Shown here: in pieces, positions 35,675-57,377 of the stretch
How positions within the stretch are numbered: position 1 is the stretch's first letter
How the letters are laid out: the number at the start of each line of letters is the position of its first letter
NCBI GenBank assembly: GCA_037447605.1
Contig: CM074804.1
Location: 7,107,909-7,171,908 of the forward strand
Direction of reading: 5' to 3'
Length of the DNA stretch: 64,000 nucleotides
Source: Zygnema circumcarinatum SAG 698-1b
Lineage: Eukaryota; Plantae; Zygnematophyceae
Made by a program: the position numbers and the translations under genes
The notes under the pieces: model-generated
What the model saw: the letters and a program-made list of their open reading frames with translations, nothing else
Databases searched by the model: none
Told to the model about the DNA's origin: nothing

Positions 35675-38600
35675 ATGGCGGCGGCAGCAAGGGAAGCAGG
35701 GCAGGCGCCGTTCCGCATGCTGTTGCTGTTCGAGGTGCGGATTACCCACGGTTGCTGGAGGGATATGTATGGGAGGTAGATACTGGAAGGGCTGAGGCTT
35801 CCATGGTTTGTTGGTTGGAACAGGAGCTGGAACAGCCAAGGACGTCTGGACGAGCTATTGTGCGGTTGCCTGAAGGCAAAAGTATCCGAGATGCCTTGCC
35901 GGCTATCAGAGGCTTTACCCGTCATGCAGTAAGTGATGCAGTTGAGCTTCAGTGTAGTTACGGCTATTCAAGTCCTTCAAACGGGCCTGTAAACAGCAAG
36001 CAGCAAGCAGGAGCTTTCGAGAATGCTGGTGATGATTGCTTGTTTTCGAAAGGAGTATTTCTGAAAGTACATTACTTTCCCAAAACGGCTTCTCCAGAGC
36101 TGGATGTCGTTGCAATGTCTTGAGTTCATTCGTTTCATGAAACATACAGGTGCTCGTTTAGAAACAATGGGATTTGGCATTGAAAGAGAGATTGCTTATC
36201 GCATAACTCATTATTGATAAGAGGTAACTTAAAAAATGGACGGAAAGGAGCTTGTTTCAAACAAACTGAATTGAAGCAGAAACTTCACCCTGTCACAGTG
36301 AACTAAGCAGTGTCGCATTCCACGTACTGATGGTGAACGAGTAGCGGTACATTATCGGACAGCTTTCTGCATTGCTTCAAAAATTTATGACCTATGCAAA
36401 AACTTGGGTTTCTCAGGACGAATTCAGCAACGATCGTCTATGTTTGGGCTTCGACTTTGTTCAGGCGGCATACTATGCCTTGAAGACAGCAAAATCTGGG
36501 AAAGAACAGATTGACTTTTTACCCTCCTTGTTATCAGTGCTCAGCCATCAGGTAAAGACGTAAGGTTTCCAATTGAAGGCAACACTCTGAACATAGAAAG
36601 TATTTTTTCGCTCAAGTGCTTCAGTCCCTTAATGAGGGCAATTGGTCATGGACACAGGCAAGGAAGGCTCTGAAGGAATTCACTGCAAGCGCAGGTCTGC
36701 AATCAACGGGTAGTAGGAAAAGTAAGGACACGCAGTGACAGAGAACAACAAAACTTCACTGCTATCAGTCATTGCGAAAATGCCTGCCTATACTTCATGC
36801 GTAGTACATGAAGTCTTTGTCTGCTTTCGTCTTAATGTTCATTAAGACTGACTCAGGAAAATGGAAACGTACAATCAATCGATACTACGTTGCTTGCGTT
36901 TTCAAACATTGTTCGTAAAAAATTGACCTTGAGCAGTCGAGTAACGATCAACTTGGATTTGCAGATCTAAATGTTTGTATCTTCTTCCTGTGCCACACTT
37001 CCCGAATAATGGATTCTCTGATTACCTCAAGCAATGAAGCGACAGGAAGGAAGGCTTTTCTATCACAGTGCCTAGGTGAAACCATGCAGCGCTTTCATCC
37101 TTATAGAAAACCTGTCGGTGTCTTGTCCTGACTCTGGAAATTGGTTTCAGACACGAAGTTCTGGGTTGATAGTGCTTTTTATGGTTTTTTATTCAACTGT
37201 GGGGCCGGTTATGTATATCAGAATCCAAAGCACAGGCTATGATGGTTCTCGGCGATGTAATGAACTCGCTCCAAGATGCTTTCGACCACCCACAAGATGT
37301 CAAAACGGCAAGGGAGTTGATTCTTTCTGCGGCAATGGACCATCTCATCCACCAAAAGCTAGTAGATTACCTTACCCTTTCCACCTAAAAGATAGAAATA
37401 TTGATAAACTGAGTCCTAGTAGACAACTGAGTCCTAGAAGTGGTCCTAGCTCCACTTCAGAGGTTAAGCGTTCAGTTGAGTGCTAGACTTATCCGGTTTC
37501 TTCTCAAATGTTTTGATTATGGATGTCGTCTGACTCGCCATAATGAATTTGAAGGTGTTCGTGGAAGCATGTTTGGGTAAAGTGCTAGTAGGTCGTCAAG
37601 TGAGGCGTGAATGAACTTCGGTCTCCAAAAAAAAAAATGTGTACGACAATAACAGCCAGTGTTTGCAGGCTGACCGAGGAGCACACATCCGGCGATTTCT
37701 CGAAAGTATTCGTAAGTCAGTTCGAGGGATATTTGTATCAGTATTGACGAAAAATCTCGAACCACGGATGAATTTCTACGAAGTACTCTGCAAATTGTGG
37801 ACTGAACAAAGACATCTTATTTCTTTTATTGTAAGTGCTAAACTGCCTAATCTATTCGTGCCAAACTACTAGAAAATGTCAGTAGGAATTAAAATTCATC
37901 ATATCGCTTGAATTCTTTGCGGCCCCATAGCCCGACATCGATTCCACCACCTTTTCTTTTTCCCTCAAGAGGCCATAGAGAACATAGCTACCATGTTTAT
38001 GGAGTTTCTGTGAAACTCTGAAGTGATCGGTGCAAATTGTGGCTTGTCGAAGGAACTAGAATAGGCTAATAAATGGCCTAATGATTACGTTTGCAAGAGG
38101 GTGGAGCAGGCAGATCTCATTGCGCAGTTGATGGAGGAGGCAACACCTATTGCGGTTTCTATCCTTGTAATTGTCTACAGCCTGCTAGCAATGAATAGTG
38201 CATAATGTAATTTTCCACGATTTAGTAATGCTTGTTTGGTTTTGGTAATGCTTGTGTGGTACCTGTGTGAAAAAATATATACGGTCAATATCGGTCGGCC
38301 AATGACCACCTGTGTGACATGACTTCGCTTGTCTGATCTCATGGCAGTCACTTACTGTGAATAGAATCGTGGATGCTGCCTCCCAGAAAACCTGTACGGG
38401 AACCACCCTTGATGAGATTGGTAAGTGAGTGGCCCGAGTATCTAGATCCATCCACCAGGTCGACATCTGACATCTCATTGATGAAAGTAGTTTCAGCACA
38501 GTCAGCATTTAGTTTCGATATGTACCTCCTTCTTAATCGACTATGCTCTGTGTTGCAGAAACGTCAATGCTGTTGTTGGCGGAGTTCTCTTGCTCCATGG

Positions 38601-41600
38601 CACCTTGGCTGATCGGAGGAATGTACTTATGTGTGCAACACATTCCAGGCTGCAAGTCTCCTGATTTTTTTGTCAAACTCAAAAGAATTTCCTGCAAGAA
38701 AAAACTTGAATTTTCAATTTTCCCTGGTTGTTTTGCTTTGTAGAGATTTGGGGGGTCAAACCCTTCATCTTTGTGGCGAAAACTGAATGGTCGACAATTG
38801 CAGCGAAATTTATCGACGACTACTTTCCTTGAATTAGGCTACATTAGAGTGATATTCCAGAGCATGCAAACGAACCACGAACGGCCTGGCCAAGTTGTAC
38901 TCATCACTTCGCTTGCCATCATTGGTTTTGCAGGTCGACTCTTACCTGTCCTTCAGTGCGAAAGGTCAGCAATAAGGAAATTGTTTGTCGAAATTGCAGG
39001 AAATGTACTCAGCCTGTCTAACATCTTAAAGGAAGACGATATCTCCGCTTTGATCAAAGTACATGTGCTCCTGCTACATGACCGAGATGCAGTTTGTCGT
39101 GCGAAAGTCCTCACCAACTTCATAAGCTTCTCGAAGACTTTTCTTCAGTGTGCAAGCACTGACATGAGCCCCCTCTTCTTGGCCATTAAGGATCACACTT
39201 TGGACACGAGCAAACTTGTTCGTCTCAAAGCCGTGCAGGCCCTTGAATCGCTTGTTCATACTTTGGCCGCGTCGTCATCAGATTTACAAGAAGCAGTGAG
39301 AAGTATTCTGCGGGTGGACATTGTGCCATCCCTGTGCAGAGCATTCGCAGTTAATGCTGATTCTAGTGCTCACTGTGAGGACACTGTGAGGGCCATTGGG
39401 ACGATGCTATGTTCTAAAGAATTTGACACAACCGGTGTGCCGGATCGACTATGTGAAATTCTTGGAAGTTCTCTCGGAAGTACAACCAAGCCTATTGTTA
39501 CCAAAGTGCTCATGTCCCATATTCCCACATATACTGCGTGGTGCAAGTTTCTTCACGGGAAGCCGTCAAGCTTTATTGCGAGGATCAACAAATTCATAAC
39601 TGATAATGCAGAAGATCTTGGGAATGATCTCCTTAATATGATCATTGGAATGCTACAGCATGCTTTTTCCTGTCTACAAGTACCACGAATCGGGGAAGAT
39701 CTCCTTCAATATGGTGCATGCTTGGTAATTTGCACCTTCAGCACACCTTGGACTCGCTGCACATCCCTGACCAGTAATGAAATGCTTACTCGTCTTTTAA
39801 TCCACACTCGAGTATGTGCTATGGAGTACGTCAAGGCAAGAGACGGTCAGCAAGCTGACGATATTGTTGCAGCCGAAGCGTTGCACTGGTGTCTGAAGGT
39901 ACGCGACACTACCTACCACTTTGACAGATCGAATTCGGCTCCTAGCGTTGCATATGGCAGGACTAGCCAACTGTCTCATTTCATAAGGCAGATACTGATA
40001 TACATACAGTTGCAACCCCTTGATTCTTCCTGAAAGTCCCGCTTCGTGTTCAACCAACCAATTGAAATACTAGAGTTCTGTGCAAGTACATCGTCTCACA
40101 TGTGCGTCGACTTGGAAAACGGGAAAGTCGCAACAAGAATAGAGAATATTGCTCTTGGCTCGTTCAGGATCAAGTCTCTTGTTCTGTTTTACCTTTGAGT
40201 ACGAAGATTTTCATGGAGACGACTTTTTTTCAAAGCTATGGGTGCAGGATATTTACTAACCAATGGGAAGCAAGTCGCTGACGCAGGCACTCGGGTCAAC
40301 CTTGGCTTGCACTGACCGACCGACGTCAGAGGTAGAGCATGTTGTACAGCAGCAGCTTGTTTCCCTGATGCCCGAATTCAGTGGAGAAGCCATCGACTTG
40401 CTCTACAGTTTGAAGGATCCTCTGAGCAATGCTGCCGAGTTGCTCCACTATTATGAGGAAGACGTTAGAGTGTTACATCACCCTCATCAGCCGAGGTTGA
40501 TTTGCGAATATATCCGATTTCTGGGTGACACATCACGTATCTACACCCTCGTATGCAAATCTTTCGTTGATCGTCTAAAGAGTCTTCACAAACATGCGGA
40601 GATTCCAGGTGAAGGAGCTGACTTCGACTACATGCAGCTGGAAGACCAACGTTCCCGGGAGGAAGGTGTGTCCAAGTAACTAAACGTTGAGGAGCAGTTT
40701 GATGAATGTGTCGCTTTGTCTATGAACGAATTTCCTCATTGCTAATACCTTTCCTATGTCTCTGTAAATTCTAACAAGGCGACTACACTCACTGCATTTT
40801 ATTTCGCTTGCAGAGGCTGCTCGTCAGTTCTCCCCTCTTCTTCTAGATGGAGATTCCTTGCCCGGGTGTTACGTGCCCTTCTTGGCACAAATAAGTTCAA
40901 CGGAAGACGCACCTTTGTACCTACGCATTGAAGCACTGAAAGCCTTTGGAAAGTTCCTGATACTCTCGTGCGACTTGGCGAAAAGGTATCAAAGCCTGCT
41001 GCAAAAGACCCTTAGAGGCTCTCAACCGGCACTGAGACTGACGGTCCTGGAAGTCGCAGCCCAGCTAATCACAAACTTCCCAAACGACTTCAATTCTCCT
41101 GTAGACCTGCTTCTGGACCTCATCCATGATCCAGTTGTAAAGAAGGCAATCTACTGCGTGTATGCAAAGCTACTTCTCCAGCGAAGGCTTAAGGTACACA
41201 CATTGCTTGGCCCAATCACATCAGGTCTCTCTGATCCAGAGCTGAAAGATCTCATCATTTATCTCTTGCGCCGCTTGTTGGCATCTGCTGGCAAAGGACG
41301 CCCGCAATTGGTGCTTGATGTGTACAAACATGTGCCGTCAGATAAAAAGGAAGCGTTAGCTGACACCTTTGTGAATGAAATCCTGGACGAAAAGGATCTA
41401 CGAAACGAAGAGTTAGTGAGTTCCGTGCTGCAGCTTTTGATCCTGGGCCAAACTGAAGCGGCCACCTTTCTACCCTTCCTGATTCCCTCACCCCGAGTTC
41501 TAGGCAAGCTTGAAGCAGCTCTAGAATCCAAGCATCCGAAAGTTCACCTTGATGCCAGCACAAATGCTGTCGAACATTTGACCCGGTTTGTAGTTAACAG

Positions 41601-41829
41601 CAGGAAGCGAGGTGGCACACAAGCAGAGAAGGACCTTGCAAACCGGCTTCTGGAACGTCTTCAGAACAAAAGCTCCAAAAGGAAGTGCAGAACAGGGCCA
41701 GATTTTAACGGTGAGGCTCTCAAGTCAGCGAACCAATCGTCACTTGAAGAGTATGCAAGAGCAATCGAGCAGTCCAAGCAAACAAAGTCGATGGCCGTCA
41801 TCTCGAACCTACTGAGAGACGAGCTCTGA
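35675..41829 (+). CDS. Divergent condensin non-SMC HEAT subunit, CAP-D2/Cnd1-like
   Basis: The terminal exon (about 40814-41829) reads LPGCYVPFLAQI..LRIEALKAFGKFLILSCDLAKRYQSLL..LRLTVLEVAAQLITNFPN..LLDLIHDPVVKKAIYCVYAKLLLQRRLKV, colinear by eye with the Cnd1 domain. A HEAT-like exon lies at about 38934-39898. Proposed 5' exons 35675-35734, 35824-35928, 36417-36551 and 37669-37711 are phase-compatible; small exons at 38360-38630 are uncertain. Confidence 0.7.
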
Positions 41830-43231
41830 TAAAAGGGGAATGATGTGGCATTGATCTGATAAAAGGGGTGTGTGACAGGTCTCAAGGTAGCTTTCAATAG
41901 TGTTTGACTAAAGAAATGTAATGCTATTCTGAAACTCTCCAAGTACCATACTTCGAGGTCCTCCATTGCCTGCAACCAACGCATAAGAAAAGTGCAACAT
42001 TTGAGCTTGGCAGCGGCGAGCCTTTTTCACCGTGCATTCAGATATTTCTGTTTTGCATCAACGAACCTCTAACTGATCTTACAGTAAGGAAACAGTAAGT
42101 AGTCTGCTTCGTCTTTTTCAGTTTGCTCGTATTTACGAGCAAGGCAACTCAAGGAACATGAAACTCCTCAAAGTGCCCCAGTTTTACGAGCACCTATTCG
42201 CAACATCCTCCGGTTTTGGACATTGGCAGCTTATGTTGAGCCCCAACAACATCAGTGGCGTTCCCACAAACTTCACAGTGAAACCAACTTTTTCACACAA
42301 AATAAGTTGGAATGTTCGATCGGTGATGCTCGAACAATTGGTTCCAAGTGCAGCACTCATTCTCGACCCCAAATGACCGTCCATTGCTTCAACCTCATAG
42401 TTTCCCCATGCCCCATCCTGTCATGCAGCCTCTCCCACACACCTCGGCCTGTTGCAATTTGCTACCACCGTAGGTGAAATCCTCTACGGATGGTGCAAAC
42501 TATCTAGAAAAAAAATCGATGTCAATTGGGCACATGAGAGAAAGAGAGAGAGGGAGAGAGAGGCCAATTGGCCATCGACCCACGCAGTGAAGGTACGTAC
42601 GGTACGGCCGCGCTGCTTCTAACTTTCAATGGCAGAGCCAAGCAGCCGCAGCAGCAAGATGGCCGCATAGCGCAATTTTTTTCAGCGGGAACGAGCTCCA
42701 AATGCGGGCGGGGCCCTCCTTGAATCAATGTTGGGTACGGATGGAAATAACGGAAATAGGAACGGCAGCCCGAAAATCCACTAATAGCTAGTGATAAGGG
42801 TAGAGTTACAATTGGTAAATGAAAGCTTGATGAAGTCATTACTACACTAAGCAAATCGCACGGAAAAATGCAAAGCAAATCGGTTTTAATAAGTGCAAGT
42901 CACTATCTTTTTCCAAAAGGCTAATGAAATTATCTTGACTTTTGGACATTTTCTTAAAGGTCCGCTCGTTGCAGCAAGCAAGAAGGCGTTGGTCGGACAG
43001 GATGCTGTTCAGGGCGGATGCACGAGAAACTGCAATGCAAAGTCTACCGCGTCCTTCCATGCTTGCAATGGTGGAGCAACAGCCGAACTGAGCATCGGGA
43101 TTCGGCATGAGTTCACTGGCACTCTCAATTTGTACTTTCTGAGCGGATATGTCAACGACAGTCTGTAGCTTGTAAGGAAAGTGCTCTGTATATCTTGCTC
43201 GCAAACTTTGTCTCTCGTCACACACAATAGA

Positions 43232-52870
<9,639 letters not shown>

Positions 52871-53191
52871 CCTATTATTGGCTTGCAGAGCACAGGCTGA
52901 GAATCGTTTTTTAATTAGAAACGGGGATGATTTTGTGCTTGTGTGGCTCTCTGCCTTCAGTGTTTGGAAACGTCAATTTTTTTTTTATAATTCAATGCTT
53001 TGCATCACGCATTCTTCGGTGTTTTCTATGGAGGGAGGGCTAGATTTGATGTTGAATGTCTCGTGTGCAATGAAACTGCCATTGAGGAGCAAATCGGAAT
53101 CACCAGTGTTCCCTCACTCTTGAAGATGGGAAGTCAATTGACCGGTCAAAACTGAAACATCCTTCATAACTTAACTGCAGCAAATGCGAAC

Positions 53192-56100
53192 TCAACGGTG
53201 GAGGGATTCCAGAGAAGGCGAGCCGGACTCCACGGAGGAGCCAGTACCCATGGCCGCTGCAATGGTGCGCACGGCTGCCACCATAGCGATCTCGCTGTTG
53301 AGCCTGTTCACCGCTGACCCCACTCCCTGCAAGAGACCACCCACACTGCGTAAAAAACTGGAGCTCCGCAGGAAACGACCGTAATAATTCAGGTAGGAGA
53401 AGCTGAGACTAGGTTACAGTACTCTTAAGGGCTGAGCTCAGCAAATTCACAGGAGATATGAAGCATAGGGCAAGCAGGCATGCGTGCAACGTCTGCCCGG
53501 TTCAGTACTGACCACGCCGGCAGCGCCTGCTGCCATCGCCATCGGAACTGTCACGTCGCTGAGGCCCGAGGCACACATAACTGGAATCTTCACTGCTCGG
53601 GAAATTGAGTATGTGGCCGCCAATGCAGGTGCTGCCTGTAACCCGAGGAAACACGTTCATCCTTGTGAGTTGCCAATACGAAATCAACTCTTGAGGACTT
53701 AAGTTGCTTAAGGAGGTGATATTGGAGGGGAAATGCAGCTCCATTGAGTTGTGCGTAGGAACAAGTCACCTTGAAAAAAAAATCTCAGTCAGACGTGACT
53801 TCAATCTGATGCGACGAAATCAAAAAGCAAGCTTTTGTGGATCTATTGATCCTGTATCCGACCTAAACCAGTCGATAAACTATGGGGGCAGAAAAAGCAC
53901 GTGCACGATGGCAGCATACGAACTACAGTTACTGGCAACAGCACGTCCTCGACTTGTGCTGAGCTCCATAGATGTGGAATTTACCTTTTCAACTAGTCCA
54001 AGAACCCCTGCGCTGGATGGGCTGCTGCTGGTGCCTCCTTCCGTTTGAATTATGTCAGCTCCACAAGCTTCCAGGGCCTCCGCCAATTTGGCCTGTTTCG
54101 AAAGTCCAACACGAGTCACATATATGATAGAATTGCCTTGGGATTGCTTGGCTAGCATATGAAGATGTCATTCTTCCCATCGAAGTATGCCTCTGCCTAC
54201 ACGGTATCTTTGCATATCATCACGACAAAGGGTCAAACCTGTTCATCCAAGTGCAGAGTATGTGGGACTGTAACAGAGAGCGCCACATGTGGAAGCAGCT
54301 CCCGTGTGCGTTTTGTAATCTCCAACACCTGCACAAACCTCAGCTTCCAAAATTGCTTGGCCTAGAGATCCTACAGGCTCTTTTGAATAGTTGAATGCTA
54401 GCACAGGATGAGCAAATGAAGCTGTGCTGATAAATGGCATAAGGTATAGAACAAGGTCCCCGATAAAAAATTGTTCAGCTGCCAGTGAAGTTAACATTTC
54501 ATGCCGAAGTTTGTATGACTATAGACAAGAATGAGCAGGAAACTGAGCATCCCTCTGAGAGATGAGTACTTGGAAATTCAAGCATAAAAGTCATTCGAGG
54601 GGCAGCGTGCAAGGATTAATCTAACCTCTTCTGCAGAAAAGGTGCGACCGTCTTTGTAAAAGCCATCAAAGTTGCCAATCTCAATCTGTAAGAACAAAAA
54701 GTGAAAGGAAGTTGTCAGAAAAAATAGAAAGACATGCGTATGTACAGTGGTTGATACAAGCGGCTGGCCAAGGGAAAAAATGTGCAAAGCCAAAGCTGGA
54801 GCTTGACGACGAGACAAATTGACAACTTTGCCAGGTCTGCTTTGCTAAATAAAGAGTGCCATGCTGCTCTGCTTCTTCGAAGTCAGGTGGCAAATATTCA
54901 CGAATTCTCTTGGCGGGCATTGATGAGATTATTACCATATAAGCACCAGCTTTCACGGCAGGTACAAACAATTCCGGCTGAACTGCTGACACACAAACCT
55001 GCGAAGTGAGGTTGACGAGGGTCAAAGGCATGATAGCAGCGTTTTTAAGAAGAATGTTGGTCAAAGGACCACAACTTCTTCATACAATCACTATGTTAAC
55101 TTCGACAAGATTCCCTTTTATCTCTTTTTGCGATTTACTCCAATGCCAGTAACACGCGCATCGATAATCAGAATGCCAGCTTGCATTTCATTTCTATTGC
55201 TTATTGCTTCATGCTCCAACACGAACAAGAGAGGACAAGAAAAAAAAAACGGAAAGCCAAAGTAAAGAAAAAAGAGAATCTAAACGAAGGTAGGACACGA
55301 ACTAAAGGGGCTGTACAATACAAAATTTGCAATCATCCAGGTCTCAACAAACGACTTTAGGCGTTGAGACAACTCAGACAGCACTAGCGAATTACAAGCG
55401 AGTCTCCGCTAAAAGAGCAATCAACTACTAAGACCTCGCGAAAAGGACACACGTGCCTGTGAATGGATTTGGAAAAAAAGGTACATAACACCTCAGATCA
55501 GCCCGTAAACCTTGAAAACTGAAAGAACAGCTGCTTTATCAAAAGGCTACTCCTACTTAAACTTACTGGCAATTTGGTAAGGCTCAACGCCAGCTTGACC
55601 AGCTCCGGATCACATGCTATATCCACGTGGGTGGCCCCACCCTGCGGCCACCATGGGGGACATCATCATCATACGCCTGCCTCTGCTATTTCACATAACG
55701 GACGTAAAGAATCGAACAAAACACATTGACGGCCGACACATACTACAAAGTAATCCCTTCATGCACATTTTACAACATTTTCAGCCTTCTGTTATGTAAT
55801 GCAGCAAAACCTGACAATAGCTGCACTCTATAGATTCCCTTGTGCATAACCGAGCTTGAAAACAATGTGCAATAAACATCACAGCGGATGACATTAGCTG
55901 CTGCTGCTGCTGCTGCTTCTGTGCTGAATTGAAATGACGCGTCCTTGCTTGTCTGTCAGCTATAAATAATCTTCACTCAAAAAAAAGTTCCTGCTGCGAC
56001 CGCTAGACAAACCTTCTCGGCAGCTCGGACCACAGCCGCCACATTCTCACTGTTGAAATTGTGCAGACCTGCAATGACCTGCCTCGAAAGAAGACATGTT

Positions 56101-56596
56101 AGCCCAACGTGCACATTAAGTCTTTACAAAGCACAGCAAGCGCTCAGTGTACAACAGTGCTTTAATTCTCTTGTTGAAGAGCAGCTCGACTCTTAGGACA
56201 AAGCAAACTTCGCGTCTCACGCCTCAATTTTGAAAAACTTACATTCGCAGCAAAACCGGAGAGAGCATCTCAGCTCGCAAGCTAGGGAAATACGCACACC
56301 TTGAATGCCCGACGCTGCTGGAATGGCTCCAACGCAGCTGCGCGCCGTTGCTCCGCAGGTTCCTGCGCTGAGCAAAGAATCCCTCGCTCACCTCTGGAGC
56401 TGCCTGCTCGCGCACAAGACACACTCTGACGGACGCTCTGCCCTCCCAACGAGGACGACGACCAGTTCAACTTGGCATCAATCAACGGCGCCCTCACTAC
56501 CGCTCGTCTGCCCTCCAATGCAGGCTCGCAGTGCTTCCGTGAATCCAGCAGCTGCGCGTACAAGCTGGAGGTCACCGCAGTGGAAGCCATGGCCAT
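53192..56596 (-). CDS. ycf23: Ycf23/DUF561-family protein, nuclear-encoded with plastid transit-peptide-like N-terminus, 9 exons
   Basis: Exons 56596-56300, 56078-56013, 55641-55567, 54998-54936, 54685-54626, 54328-54239, 54092-53985, 53635-53513 and 53326-53192. They give FKVIAGLHNFN, GGATHVDIACDPELV, VCVSAV, EIGNFDGFY, LSVTVPHTL, GADIIQTEGG, IPVMCASGLSDVTVPMA and GVGVGSAVNRLN. Confidence 0.92.
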
Positions 56597-57377
56597 GGCC
56601 CTGCCTGCCTGCTTTCCTGCCTGCTTCCGTGCTTGAGCAGAGCAGCTCCTCCCTCCCTCCTTTCCAGTGCAGGAGTGATCGTTTCCTTCACCTTTTGAAG
56701 CCTCTTTTTGCCGCTGCGCTCGCAGGGCCCCTCCGCCCAATACTGCCGACCATCCCCCATGGCGTTGCGCCACCTGCACAGTTCTGTGACGAGCGACGGT
56801 GGCTCGAACAGGTCGCAGTTGGTTCCGTTTCATGTAACAGCGTTCCATGTAGGGTTACAGTCTGGCCGCATAGATTCGTATACGGAGCTTTTAACTGCTT
56901 GTTACGCAATCGCGTTGCATCTGAGCTTACCTAGTTCGGACACTCGTGGATGGTTCTTTAGAACCAGTATCCGTCGGAGCGTGCCGATATAGAAAATTGT
57001 GGGAGCTTAGAATCTGCGAGATACGGATACTTAAACGTCGTCCCCAGAAAGGAGCACGCTCATGCAGATTTGACGCAATTGTCAGATGTGACTTCATCGA
57101 ATGGAACGGACATGACTTTACACGCTTCTTTACTTTACGGCGAGCGCGCGAGCCTGTTCTGTTCATTGTCATCTGCAAGACCAATGCATTCACTTTCTTA
57201 CTCTTTTGTTCTCCGAGCAGGAGAGTGAAGGAGGTGAGCAGCAGGCGGTGTAGAGGGGTGGGAGGAGGAGCAGCAGCAGGAGGAGGAGGAGGAGGAGGAC
57301 TCTCCTGGAGTGGAGGGGCCCCTGAGGAGCACTGCGTGCGGCTGCCTTGAAGTTGGGGCTCGTGTTCGCTTCCCGCA

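Noticed and set aside
35376-35690. Possible spliced antisense mini-gene opposite the CAP-D2-like 5' end
   Set aside because: It needs a 54-nt intron and gives only a 26-aa peptide. There is no independent support.
42184-42384. Minus-strand peptide GFTVKFVGTPLMLLGLN vaguely like a COX1 helix (possible NUMT)
   Set aside because: Similarity is limited to a few hydrophobic residues, with no flanking COX1 motifs.
42468-42490. GTAGGTGAAATCC resembling an SSU rRNA loop
   Set aside because: Only about 10 nt match and the flanks are not rRNA-like.
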